Below, in pieces: positions 19,681 to 30,399 of a DNA stretch of 64,000 nucleotides. The number at the start of each line of letters is the position of its first letter. The stretch's first letter is position 1. The stretch is from contig JAUNBP010000004.1 of NCBI GenBank assembly GCA_030526995.1, positions 2,440-66,439 of the forward strand, written 5' to 3'. This stretch comes from Clostridia bacterium. GTDB lineage: Bacteria > Bacillota > Clostridia > Christensenellales > CAG-138. The translations under genes were made by a program, and so were the position numbers. The notes beneath the pieces are model-generated. The model did no database searches. It was not told where the DNA came from and was given only the letters and a program-made list of their open reading frames with translations.

Positions 19681-20568
19681 TCAGTCCTCCTTATCAAAAA
19701 AGAGTTTAAAGATGGCTTTTGCCGCACCGCTTTTATCGGCGGGAGGGGCAATATAGTCCGAAATGCGCTTGATCTTCTCGTCCGCATTGCCCATAGCAAC
19801 GGAGAAGCCCGCAGCTTGCAGCATTTCATAATCGTTCTGGCTGTCGCCAAAGGCTGCAACCTCGGACGGTGCAATGCCTAAAAAATTGCAAAGCGCCGAA
19901 AGCCCCGTAGCCTTGGAAACGCCATGGGCCGTAATCTCCAAATCGTCGCCCCGCGTGGTGAGCGCAAAAAGCCCGTAAATCCTGTTCACCTCGTCGAGAG
20001 CCGTTGCACAGTCCCGCTTGTTCGGAAAGAAGCTGTTTATTTTGTAAATCGGCTCCTTGGTTTTTAAGAGCGTGCGGGAAAACCACGGCGTTATCTTGGA
20101 CGAGGAATAGAACTCCGCCTTAATCTCCTCCCGTTCCTTTTTGGAAACATTGCGCGTAATGCGGTGCAGGCCGCGCCACGAGAGCAGGATGCACGATTCT
20201 AAAAACGCACTGCTTTCCCCGTGATGCCGCTTGACGCAGCTTACGGCTTTTAAAGCAAGCTTTGGCGAAATGGCAACCCGCTGCAAAACGTTTCCGCTTT
20301 CAAGTTCGATGACGCAGGCTCCGTTTGACGAAATTACATAGTCGAAGCAGCCGAGGTTCAATAGCTTCGGCGGCACGGTGGGCTGCCCCCGCCCCGTGGC
20401 AATCGCAACGGTTATTCCACTGCGGTGTAGCTGCTGTAACGCCAAAACGGTTTCTTCGGATATTTTGCCGAAGTTCAGCAGCGTGCCGTCCAAATCGAAG
20501 GCAGCCAGCCTGTATTTTGTCTTATCGAACGCCTTACTCACCAAAGCCCGCTTCCACCAACGCCGCAA
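19681..20568 (-). CDS. HAD-superfamily Cof-type hydrolase (sugar-phosphate phosphatase-like)
   Basis: HAD motif I is AFDLDGTLL and motif IV is FGDSQNDYEML. The start is uncertain: the ATG at 20568 overlaps ptsH, and an alternative GTG lies at 20541. Confidence 0.8.
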   Translation of the reverse strand: MRRWWKRALVSKAFDKTKYRLAAFDLDGTLLNFGKISEETVLALQQLHRSGITVAIATGRGQPTVPPKLLNLGCFDYVISSNGACVIELESGNVLQRVAISPKLALKAVSCVKRHHGESSAFLESCILLSWRGLHRITRNVSKKEREEIKAEFYSSSKITPWFSRTLLKTKEPIYKINSFFPNKRDCATALDEVNRIYGLFALTTRGDDLEITAHGVSKATGLSALCNFLGIAPSEVAAFGDSQNDYEMLQAAGFSVAMGNADEKIKRISDYIAPPADKSGAAKAIFKLFFDKED

Positions 20569-20809
20569 GTTCCTCTACGGCAGCTCTTTCATCCGCGCCC
20601 TCGGCGGATATTTCTATGCTCGTGTCCTTTACAATGCCCTCCGCCAAAAGGCGCATTATGCTCTTGGCGTTCACAGGCAAAGAATCGGGGACGTTTAGGT
20701 TCTTTACAAACACCTTGGACTCAAACTCCTTGGCCTTCAACACGAAGTCGGAGGCGGGTCTTGCGTGAAGCCCGCTGATGTTTTTTACGGTCGTAGTCTT
20801 ACTGTACAT
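20534..20809 (-). CDS. ptsH: Phosphocarrier protein HPr
   Basis: With the start at 20809 the N-terminus is MYSKTTTVKNISGLHARPAS, which places the phosphorylatable His at position 15. Confidence 0.85.
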   Translation of the reverse strand: MYSKTTTVKNISGLHARPASDFVLKAKEFESKVFVKNLNVPDSLPVNAKSIMRLLAEGIVKDTSIEISAEGADERAAVEELAALVEAGFGE

Positions 20810-20814
20810 AGCCT

Positions 20815-22362
<1,548 letters not shown>

Positions 22363-22376
22363 CTACCATAAGATGG

Positions 22377-23693
22377 TTATGCTTGCTGCGCTTCCTTTTC
22401 CGCAGCTTCCTTTTCTACGAGCTGCTTGTCATAGACCTTGAAGAACGGCCCGAATACGAAGAAGCCCACGACGATTCCGATTACGGGAATAAAGAGGTTC
22501 TGCCATGCAAGCGAGCCTAAGAACTCGCCTACGCCCATGGGCATTAATGTCATCATCAGGATATAGGCGGGCTTAAAGAAGCCGATTAAGTAGCCTACCC
22601 AGACTAAAAGCATCGTGATAACCGGAGTCAGGATGTAGGGGATTGCCATGATCGGGTTATACATTATCGGGAAGCCGAAGGTGACAGGCTCGTTGATGCC
22701 AAACAGCCCCGGGATGAGGGCGGCCTTGCTGACGGCTTTCAGCTGTTCCGACTTTGCCCTAAGCCCCCGTAAGACAAGACCGAAGGTGTTTCCGGTTCCG
22801 CCTGCACAGGCCATCGTCATAAAGAGCAAGGAGGGATAGAACACCGCAGGCTCGCCTGCTGCAACGGCGGCGGAGTTGGCGGCTATGTTTTGCATCATAA
22901 CTGCCATAAGGCCAACGGCCGCCACCATGGTGCCATGGATGCCGAAGCACCAGAGCAGACATACAAGCAGTGCGATAAGCAGCATGCCGGGTACGGAGTT
23001 TATTGCCATAAGCGGATAGCCCAAAAGGACGGTTATCGCATAGGGCAGGTTCATCGAAAGCGTGGAAGTAACCAGCGTGTTGAGCCCGTGCCAGAGCAGT
23101 ATGTTTACAAACAACGGAATCATAGCGTTGAACGCATCCTGCAAAAACGGAGGAACGACGTCGGGCATCTTGATTATCAGCTTTTTCTTTACAAAAAGGT
23201 TTGTAATCTGAACGCTGACAAGGCCGATGATGATGGCGACGAACATACCGACTGCGCCTAAGGATTCGGTGTTCAGCGCGGTGACCGTGGTTGTACCGTC
23301 GGCAAGAACATAGGTTGTTACCGGCGAAGCCGTGACAAGGAAACAGGCCAAGGCAGTGATTCCGCCCTGAATTGCCTTTAATCCCTTGCTCTTGGAGTAG
23401 GTATAGCCGATGATGAACACGATGAATACCGACAACAATCCGGTGGTACCGTTATAGATTGTGATGAAGAATTTGTAGTACCCGCTGTCGGTGGTGACCC
23501 AGTTGAACAGCGTCGGAATGGTGGCAAGCAGTTGGAACAATGCACCCACCATAATAAGCGCCATTGCGCTCATCATGCCCGCCATAATGGCGTTTACCCC
23601 CTTGTTCTGCGAAAGCTTTTGCCCGCCCTTTTGCAGACCGAGCATAAACTTGCTTTCAAAGAAGCTCTTTTTTTCTTTCTTTCCCTTTTCCAT
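22377..23693 (-). CDS. PTS cellobiose/lichenan-family EIIC permease
   Basis: It is a 438-aa polytopic membrane protein with EIIC(Lac/Cel)-like sequence, adjacent to EIIB and EIIA. Confidence 0.85.
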   Translation of the reverse strand: MEKGKKEKKSFFESKFMLGLQKGGQKLSQNKGVNAIMAGMMSAMALIMVGALFQLLATIPTLFNWVTTDSGYYKFFITIYNGTTGLLSVFIVFIIGYTYSKSKGLKAIQGGITALACFLVTASPVTTYVLADGTTTVTALNTESLGAVGMFVAIIIGLVSVQITNLFVKKKLIIKMPDVVPPFLQDAFNAMIPLFVNILLWHGLNTLVTSTLSMNLPYAITVLLGYPLMAINSVPGMLLIALLVCLLWCFGIHGTMVAAVGLMAVMMQNIAANSAAVAAGEPAVFYPSLLFMTMACAGGTGNTFGLVLRGLRAKSEQLKAVSKAALIPGLFGINEPVTFGFPIMYNPIMAIPYILTPVITMLLVWVGYLIGFFKPAYILMMTLMPMGVGEFLGSLAWQNLFIPVIGIVVGFFVFGPFFKVYDKQLVEKEAAEKEAQQA

Positions 23694-23717
23694 TTGTTTT
23701 ACCTCTCTTTATTTATT

Positions 23718-24026
23718 TTATTTTTTGTTTTGCAGAAGCGAATCGACCAGCTTAAAGATGTTTTCGGCGTTGCCGATGGCGTAATCATAGGGTGCCATAG
23801 CACCTACGGGCATTCCACCCGACCCCTCGGTTACGGCAGCCTTTTGATAGGACACCTGCGGCCCCAACAGGATTACATCGTACTCTTGGCACACATCCCG
23901 ATAGGAAGCCGTGCTTACCGCCTCAATCTTTTCAAGGTTTATGCCCTTTTCGGCGGCATACTTTTCCAACTTTTTCATCAGCATGCTCGTGGACAGACCC
24001 CCGGCGCAGATTAACAGAATTTTCAT
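23718..24026 (-). CDS. PTS cellobiose-family EIIB
   Basis: It is 102 aa, and the N-terminal MKILLICAGGLSTS carries the active-site Cys. Confidence 0.85.
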   Translation of the reverse strand: MKILLICAGGLSTSMLMKKLEKYAAEKGINLEKIEAVSTASYRDVCQEYDVILLGPQVSYQKAAVTEGSGGMPVGAMAPYDYAIGNAENIFKLVDSLLQNKK

Positions 24027-24036
24027 TACTACCTCA

Positions 24037-24366
24037 TTACCTCTCTTTCAATTTTTCATAGACTTCGACCAGCTCATAAATGAGCTCCTTGCTTAAAGTT
24101 GCCGCCATCAAATGATCCTGCGCGTGGGCGATTAAAATGTCCGCTTCCTTGACCTCGCCCTTTGCAAACATTTGCAGCAGCGTGCTGTGCATTTTGTGCG
24201 CCTCGGCTTCGGCCTCGTCCGCAGCCTTTAACAGCTTTTTGGCTTCTTCAAAATCGCCGCCTTTGGCCTTGGACAGCGCCGCAAACGAGGTGCTTTTTGA
24301 GGCACCGGCGTTGGCAATGATAGTCATTGCAATTTCTTCAAGCTTTTCGTTTATCTCCATAGACAA
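24037..24366 (-). CDS. PTS lactose/cellobiose-family EIIA
   Basis: It is a 109-aa helical protein with a conserved His region (AHKMHSTLLQ). Confidence 0.8.
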   Translation of the reverse strand: MSMEINEKLEEIAMTIIANAGASKSTSFAALSKAKGGDFEEAKKLLKAADEAEAEAHKMHSTLLQMFAKGEVKEADILIAHAQDHLMAATLSKELIYELVEVYEKLKER

Positions 24367-24383
24367 CCTCCCTTCTGATTTTT

Positions 24384-26975
24384 TTAAATCTTTCTTATTA
24401 TCGTTATGATGTTTGCTATTTCATCGTCGGTAAAGATGATTCCGAACGCCTTTTCCAGCGGACGGAGTATGGACAGAACCTTGTCAAAGTCCTTCTTGTA
24501 CCGCTGCATAATCTCGTCCTTTCGGATGTTCTTAGGCAGAACCCCTCCCGAAAGCAGACGGTTTGCGGCGCAGGCAAGGTGGATGAACAGTCCCACCTCC
24601 GAATCCAGCGAAAGCGGAGCAACCTCTAAATTCAGCCTGTCGATGACGGGCGGCAGGGCCTTTTTCAGCTTTTTGATGCTGATATGTTCCAACTGCTCCC
24701 CGAGGTAGGTGTAGACCTCGTTGAAATCTATCTCTGACTTTTCGACCCGCTTCAGTTTCAATATTTCGGGCAGCTCCGCCTTGGGAACGCCCAACACATC
24801 GGAGACGGGGACGAACGGAATTGCGAACAGCTCGGGGTTAAAGGTTCCGACAACGCAGTGGATGATACCCCCTTGCATAATCTTTTTGAACTCCTCCCTC
24901 AACATATCGCGATCCGACATCGCAAGGGGAATGACGTCCATATCCGTGAGCTTGCCGTACTTTTGAATGTAGTTTTTAAGCTCCTCCGCCCCGCCCTCGC
25001 CGGTGGAGCAGAGTGTTATGATTACGCGGCGGACATTGAGGTTTCCAAAGTTCAAGTGCCCGATAACGCCTTGGTAGACCGAGTCGATGTTGCCCTCCAG
25101 CGCCGCCTTTCGCGAAAACTCCACGCCGATTGTCGTAAGCGGAATCGGAAGCTGACGGATTATTAGCCTTTCCTCGGTTTCAATCGCATCCAAAATCGTC
25201 CCTATAAAGTGCATATCGTACACCACTATCACGCCGTTGCCACGGTCTATCCTGTGCAGCACCGTCTTTAGCTCGTCATACACGCCCTCGGTTTCCTGTC
25301 CGGACGGAATTTCATAGTAGTACACATTGTCCTGCTTGGTTATGGCAAGCACCGCATCAGCCAGTGCCTTTGCGACGCCCTCGCCCAAAAAGGCATACAG
25401 GATAACGGGCTTTTTGGTAGTGTCGGTCATCGGTGCCTTGTAGCATAAAAACATCGTTATCAAAACGACCTCGTCCACGGGGAGCGTTATTCCAAACTCC
25501 TGCTCCACGCTGTGAGCAAGCTGCAAGCTCAGGGTGTATTCCGCTTTCCAGTTTTCGAGTATCTCCGCTATCTGCACGGACGTGACGGTGTTGATGCCGT
25601 CCTTGCGGTTGACGGCAGCGTTTAGGTGCAGGCACAGCCCGTAGAATACCGAGGCGGGGAAGGTGACATTCAGCTTCGGCGCGGCGTCCGAAAGGAACTG
25701 CTCGACCATTTGAATGATGCGCCCGTCCACCATCTTTTTAAGCTGGTCCTTGTTGACGACGAGATGAATCAGGTCGCTCTGATAGCGGTGGAATATGCTT
25801 TCAAGCTCGGCGCTTAAAACCGTGTGAATCTCATTTTCCGCCATGCCGCGCTTGGAAAGCTCGATGGCCCTTCGGTCAAGGTCGTCGTACATACTCTTTT
25901 CTTTGAGCTTGTCACGGTCTATTGCGCTCATTGCCATCGTGTGAGCGTCGAAGGAATAGCTGTAATCGGCGGGGATTATGCGCTCTATCTCGTCGTGCCT
26001 CGCCTTGTAATGCAAAAAGCCCTTGCGAACATAATGCTCAAAGTCCCCGATATAGACCGAAAAGACCTTGGCGGAGCTTCCGTGCTCGCGAACGAACACG
26101 TTGGCGCAGGCTATCTTTATATCCACCTTGAGCTGCATAACGTTCAGGTCGCAGTCGTATAAAAGTAGGCAGCGGAGCAGCTCGGCGCTTATCGTAAGCG
26201 TTCGATTGAGCCTTGCGGCTTCGAGCGTGAAAAACGCCTGAATTATCTCAAAGCGTTCGGAAAGGGGGCGTTCCGATAAAAGCGGGAGGTCGATGACAAT
26301 GGGAGCCTTGCGCGCTAAGTCCTCGCACACGGAACGGTTTTGCGTATCGCAAGCGGCGATGACCATGGGTCCCTCTTCATCGCTTCCGATTCTGGTGCGA
26401 AGCAGGCCTCGTACCCCGGCGGGAAGCTGTTCCGCATTGTCAATCAAAAGAACGCCCCGAGCCGCCCTCTCCCAATAGCCGTCCTCGGCGGCGTTTCCGA
26501 ACAGCTTGTCCGTGAAATGAGAGTCCTGCCCCGCATACTCCTTGCAGTCGAACACGATATAGGGCGCGTCGGCGGGCAAAACTCCGCTTTCAACCGCAAA
26601 GCGGTAGATGAGCGAGGCAAAAAAGCTCTTTCCGGTTCCCGCCGCACCCGTAATCAAAACATTCAAGCTCTTGTCGGGATATAGCACGGCAGCCTTGGCA
26701 AGCTGAATCGCCCGCTTGAGGCTGCCTTGTGCACCGATTAAGTTGTCAAAGCAATCCTTGGCCGTATTTCCTTTCGGAATGTAGTACAACACCGGGCGGC
26801 CATCGGTCTTGCCGATGCGACCCTCCCGAACCAGCGAATTGAGTATCGCGCTCATATTCGGCCGCTGCATCTCAAATGCGTCCGTCAATGTCTGCGTCGA
26901 AACACCGCTTTCATCCTCGGACATATGTAACTTTATAAACTCGTAGACCCGTTCTTTGTAAGATTTCATGTGCAT
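24384..26975 (-). CDS. LevR/CelR-like PTS-regulated transcriptional activator (HTH, AAA+, PRD, EIIA-Man-like, EIIB-Gat-like, PRD)
   Basis: Walker A is GAAGTGKS and Walker B-like is VLLIDNAE. It has PRD-like helical segments and an EIIB-like Cys motif (ITLCSTGEGGAEEL). The GAFTGA sigma-54 contact loop is not present; that position reads LFGNAAEDGYWE. Confidence 0.75.
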   Translation of the reverse strand: MHMKSYKERVYEFIKLHMSEDESGVSTQTLTDAFEMQRPNMSAILNSLVREGRIGKTDGRPVLYYIPKGNTAKDCFDNLIGAQGSLKRAIQLAKAAVLYPDKSLNVLITGAAGTGKSFFASLIYRFAVESGVLPADAPYIVFDCKEYAGQDSHFTDKLFGNAAEDGYWERAARGVLLIDNAEQLPAGVRGLLRTRIGSDEEGPMVIAACDTQNRSVCEDLARKAPIVIDLPLLSERPLSERFEIIQAFFTLEAARLNRTLTISAELLRCLLLYDCDLNVMQLKVDIKIACANVFVREHGSSAKVFSVYIGDFEHYVRKGFLHYKARHDEIERIIPADYSYSFDAHTMAMSAIDRDKLKEKSMYDDLDRRAIELSKRGMAENEIHTVLSAELESIFHRYQSDLIHLVVNKDQLKKMVDGRIIQMVEQFLSDAAPKLNVTFPASVFYGLCLHLNAAVNRKDGINTVTSVQIAEILENWKAEYTLSLQLAHSVEQEFGITLPVDEVVLITMFLCYKAPMTDTTKKPVILYAFLGEGVAKALADAVLAITKQDNVYYYEIPSGQETEGVYDELKTVLHRIDRGNGVIVVYDMHFIGTILDAIETEERLIIRQLPIPLTTIGVEFSRKAALEGNIDSVYQGVIGHLNFGNLNVRRVIITLCSTGEGGAEELKNYIQKYGKLTDMDVIPLAMSDRDMLREEFKKIMQGGIIHCVVGTFNPELFAIPFVPVSDVLGVPKAELPEILKLKRVEKSEIDFNEVYTYLGEQLEHISIKKLKKALPPVIDRLNLEVAPLSLDSEVGLFIHLACAANRLLSGGVLPKNIRKDEIMQRYKKDFDKVLSILRPLEKAFGIIFTDDEIANIITIIRKI

Positions 26976-27479
26976 ATCCTCCTGTTCGGATTATACACTC
27001 ATTTTATTTATCGACACAATAGCGCATCAAAAAACAAAAATCAAACGCAGTAGTGTATGATAGTTTGCAGACTTTTCATACACTATTTACCGATAATCCC
27101 AAGCTCTCAAGCCTGATTTGTGCAATTTATATTGGGCTTTTGACTGAAAAATGCGATAAACCCGGAATTAGTGTATGCCCCGCACACGATAATCGTATAA
27201 AGTGTATATCCTCGCCCCTAAATTTTGACAGTGACACCCAATGTATAAAAAACCGCAGACCGCCCTATACCTTCAACTTTGCATCGAGAGGGCAGGGGTC
27301 TTACTCATACTCAATCCATTAACCAGACCCCACGGATAAAAGCCATCAAGTTTGACTTTCATTTGCAGTCCTCCAAACATTTATAAATGTGCTTTAACGG
27401 TAAATGACTTTCTACCACCACTAAAAAACGCCGTAATTACGCCGTTTTCCGGCAAATCCTTTAAGGGCACTTATGCCAG

Positions 27480-27507
27480 AAAAAAGCAGCCGCAGGGCTG
27501 CTTTTTT
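27480..27507. terminator. Strong bidirectional intrinsic terminator hairpin
   Basis: AAAAAAGCAGCC (27480-27491) and GGCTGCTTTTTT (27496-27507) form a perfect 12-bp stem around a GCAG loop, with an A-tract and T-tract on either side. Confidence 0.7.
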
Positions 27508-27510
27508 CAA

Positions 27511-27673
27511 TGAAATTTGCCCTTCGGGCAAGTGAAATGGCTTCGCCATGAAATATTTGCAGGGCAAATGTGAAATGTGCTGTGGCACATAGGGCAAATT
27601 TTATTTCATATCGAACGAAGTGAGATATTTCATGCCGAGCGCAAGCGAGATATTTCATATTGCACTGCAATAT
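27511..27673. repeat. Array of short perfect hairpins punctuated by TGAAAT / ATTTCA
   Basis: Five perfect hairpins are present. They are TTGCCC-TTC-GGGCAA (27517-31), ATGGC-TTC-GCCAT (27537-49), ATTTGC-AGG-GCAAAT (27555-69), ATGTGC-TGTG-GCACAT (27575-90) and ATATTGC-ACT-GCAATAT (27657-73). TGAAAT precedes the left-hand units, and ATTTCAT recurs at 27604, 27628 and 27653. Confidence 0.7.
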
Positions 27674-27786
27674 TGGGATGCTATAATATTTGTGCGGGTG
27701 ACAGATCGGACACGTTTGAAAAGTCGCTTCGGCAAGTTTTTTATGGAATCGGGGGAAAGTTTATTATTAGTTTGACAAAATAGGGT

Positions 27787-28233
27787 TTATAGGGTGAACT
27801 TGAAAATACACTTCTGTGTTTCGCCTTCGTTTATACGCATGTCACTGTCTTCGGGCAGTTCCGCTATGCCGAGATAACTTCCTTGCAGATACTCACAGGT
27901 TTTCCGAGATGCCCAATTATCGGGGTTGCAGGTGATATACAAATAAGGCATATCGTGCTTTTGCGCTAAGGAAAACAGGAGCTTACACGCCTTTGCGGCA
28001 TAATGATGCCCTCTGTACTCCTCTTTAATGGCATATCCGATATGCCCACCATAATAAAGTCCGTCCGTATATCCGATTCGCAAATCACATTCGCCCATTA
28101 TATCTCCCTGCAAATTGCATATCTGAAAATGATACGCAGGCACCCAATTTCTACTTGGGTCTGCATCGGCTAATTTCTTGACGACTAATTTAATCTCTTC
28201 GTCTTTTAGAAAATTGGTGTCCAAAAATTGCAT
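27787..28233 (-). CDS. GNAT-family N-acetyltransferase
   Basis: The acetyl-CoA binding region is GYAIKEEYRGHHYAAKACKLLFSLAQ. The ATG at 28233 was chosen over the upstream TTG at 28305. Confidence 0.75.
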   Translation of the reverse strand: MQFLDTNFLKDEEIKLVVKKLADADPSRNWVPAYHFQICNLQGDIMGECDLRIGYTDGLYYGGHIGYAIKEEYRGHHYAAKACKLLFSLAQKHDMPYLYITCNPDNWASRKTCEYLQGSYLGIAELPEDSDMRINEGETQKCIFKFTL

Positions 28234-28364
28234 ATAGCGCACCCTACCTTGATAAATTCCAATTTGGCTGTCATTTATTCTATGATGATTATAGCGAAGT
28301 GTCAATCCAACCTGCCATGCCTATAAGGAAGGTGCCTTAAAGGGCTGTCAAAAAGGTTGCTCTG

Positions 28365-28859
28365 CTAATCCACTATGCTCTTTATAACCAGAAACATGGC
28401 GATATACGCAAGCACAACGGCTACAACAATAATAATTGTACGACTTTTTTGCCGTCTTAATATGTTATCATATTCGTCTTGGTTTTCTTTGTATATTTCT
28501 TGTACTACCTTTTGGTCTATCTGCTCGTCTGATGATAAGGCGTTGCTCTTATCTTTCTTCATCAAATATTTCCTGTACTTTAGAAAATCTTGATTTGAAA
28601 ACCCGAGGAGCCATTTGGATAATTCATCCTTGTAGGTTTCAACATCTTCCGATTTACGTGACTTGAGCACGGGTTTTCCGTTCGCTGACGAGAACTTTGA
28701 GGGAACTTTGGGCGGAATTTTTAATATTGCCCGTGATGCGAACATCAGCGGCGCAAAAATAATCACCGTAAACACAGCTCCCGGTCGCAACAGTGTCATG
28801 AGCAGCGACCCGACAAACGCCATTCCAAAAATCGCAAGTATTTTCATTCCTTTTGACAT
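28365..28859 (-). CDS. Hypothetical membrane protein (164 aa)
   Basis: It has two N-terminal hydrophobic segments and one C-terminal hydrophobic segment, and is AT-rich. No family was recognised. Confidence 0.5.
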   Translation of the reverse strand: MSKGMKILAIFGMAFVGSLLMTLLRPGAVFTVIIFAPLMFASRAILKIPPKVPSKFSSANGKPVLKSRKSEDVETYKDELSKWLLGFSNQDFLKYRKYLMKKDKSNALSSDEQIDQKVVQEIYKENQDEYDNILRRQKSRTIIIVVAVVLAYIAMFLVIKSIVD

Positions 28860-29196
28860 GTAATTTCCCCTCCTTTATCTCAACCGCTTTTGCGGTTAAA
28901 TCCCCTCTCTCATACCCTTGCTTGCAACGACCTCGAATAAAAGGCTTGACAGCGACCAGTGAACCTTCGCAGCGTGTTTTGTATAATAATAACACAACTT
29001 TTAGAAAAATCAACAAAAAAGTCATTTTTTGTAATAAATCATGAACCGCAGAATTTTGCAGGCAAACGGCAAAAACGGCATGGTAGCGGGCTTTTTGTGA
29101 GTTTTAGAAGTTGTGTTTTGTTTGATTCAGGTATTGGTTCAGGGGCTTAAAATGCATGAATTGTTTGTCGGGTGAGGTGGCGGTTTGGTGGGGGCG

Positions 29197-29327
29197 GCGG
29201 GCGGATGGTATCCGCCCCTACGGGGGGCGGTGCGTTGGTTGAGTTCACCGTGGGCCGGCAACCATGATATCCGACCGTACGGGAGGGTGGGCGGTGGGAC
29301 GGATAATATTCGGCCGTGCGGCGGGGC
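29197..29327 (+). repeat. GC-rich REP-like palindromic units, three copies (one intact, two degenerate)
   Basis: The intact unit GGGCGGATGGTATCCGCCCCTACGGGGGG forms the hairpin GGGCGGAT/ATCCGCCC. Degenerate copies lie at about 29252-29287 and 29297-29326. The same unit recurs at 35118-35195. Confidence 0.7.
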
Positions 29328-29408
29328 GGTTTTTGGGGGTTTTGAGGGGATTTTGGGTTGGGTGGTAGAAGTTCTACCGAAATTCGATAAATATCTTATA
29401 GCGATAGA

Positions 29409-29437
29409 GTGAAATTGTTGGGAGGACGTGGTATAAT
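29409..29437 (+). promoter_or_regulatory. Putative sigma-A promoter of the six-gene operon
   Basis: An extended -10 (TGgTATAAT, 29429-29437) has a GTGAAA -35-like hexamer 17 nt upstream. GAGG lies 7 nt before the ATG at 29490. Confidence 0.4.
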
Positions 29438-29489
29438 TTAATCAGGCAAGAGGGGCGGCCGAGGCGCCGCATCGGAATCGAGGTTATTT

Positions 29490-30395
29490 ATGAAAGACGC
29501 TACTCTCCAACTTATTGCAACGCTTCCGTCCGTTTCGAGTCGAAGCAAGATTCAGGCCATGCTCGAATGCGACCTCATCTGCGGGGTGAGGTTGAACACC
29601 GGCGCATTCAATCCCTTCGATGAGACGGATACGGTAGGTTGGCTTGCCGAACAGTGCAGAATTTATAACAAGCGTTTTTGGGTGGATCTAAAGTGCCGCC
29701 AGCTGCGGGTCACTCGCTGGGCTGCGCCGGAGTATCAATGCATCGAGGTGAATCACACGCTCTCGGTCGATCTTCCTGCACAGCTCAGCCTGAGGGGGGA
29801 GGCGCCGCTCGATATCGTAAACATAAGCGGCAACCGAATCACGGTAAATCCCCTGCCCAAATATGCCGTAGGCGAGGGACAGTCGGTAAACGTGATAGGT
29901 AACAATTTGCAAATCCACGGCTACCTCATTGAAAAGGATATTAGATACTTGCAGGCCTGCCGTGCGCTGGACGTTTGCGACATCATGGCCTCCTACGCCG
30001 AGCTGCCGCAGGATGTGGATGAGATTTTGTCCTATCTGCCTAACGCCTCAATCACCTGCAAGATTGAGTCTATAAAGGGGGTTGACGCCATCTATGGCTT
30101 CGTTGACAAGGGTTGCAACCTCATGGCGGCGAGGGACGACCTCTACATAGAATCGGGCTTCTCCCCCGCCCTGCTTGCAATGACAAAGCGCATCGTTGAA
30201 GCGGACCCTGACGCCATCTGTGCGTCGCGCATCTTTCAGTCGCTTGAACGCAACGAGCGGGTGAGCCTCTGCGATTTTTCGGACTTGGAACTGATGTGCG
30301 CTTACGGATACCGACGGTTCATGCTCAGTGACCGCATATCCATCAACCACTTGGAGGCGGCATGTAGGGCGTGGCGGAGCTTTTTGGGGGTGTGA
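29490..30395 (+). CDS. Pyruvate-kinase-like barrel (A+B domain) protein lacking the C-terminal regulatory domain
   Basis: It is collinear with PK motifs. LIATLPSVSS matches IIATLGPAS, VDLKCRQLR matches DTKGPEIR, EKDIRYLQ matches the tekD..di motif, CKIESIKGV matches AKIEN, and LMAARDDLYIE matches MVARGDLGVE. It is only 301 aa. Confidence 0.6.
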   Translation: MKDATLQLIATLPSVSSRSKIQAMLECDLICGVRLNTGAFNPFDETDTVGWLAEQCRIYNKRFWVDLKCRQLRVTRWAAPEYQCIEVNHTLSVDLPAQLSLRGEAPLDIVNISGNRITVNPLPKYAVGEGQSVNVIGNNLQIHGYLIEKDIRYLQACRALDVCDIMASYAELPQDVDEILSYLPNASITCKIESIKGVDAIYGFVDKGCNLMAARDDLYIESGFSPALLAMTKRIVEADPDAICASRIFQSLERNERVSLCDFSDLELMCAYGYRRFMLSDRISINHLEAACRAWRSFLGV

Positions 30396-30399
30396 ACTT

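Noticed and set aside
27583-27598. A sigma-54-like element, TGGCACATAGGGCAAA, near the LevR-like regulator locus
   Set aside because: The GG-to-GC spacing is 2 nt too short for a -24/-12 promoter. It lies inside hairpin 4 of the mini-hairpin array, on the strand pointing away from the PTS operon. The regulator also lacks GAFTGA.
27461-27670. The 69-aa minus-strand ORF, and the 75-aa ORF at 29185-29412
   Set aside because: Both are read-throughs of repeat DNA: the TGAAAT hairpin array and the GC-rich REP-like units respectively. Their composition is repetitive and low-complexity, and no SD is present.
27511-27673. A CRISPR array
   Set aside because: The units are only about 20 nt. The constant part is just a hexamer and the variable parts are self-complementary hairpins, not 25-40 nt spacers between identical repeats. 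No cas genes are present in the window.
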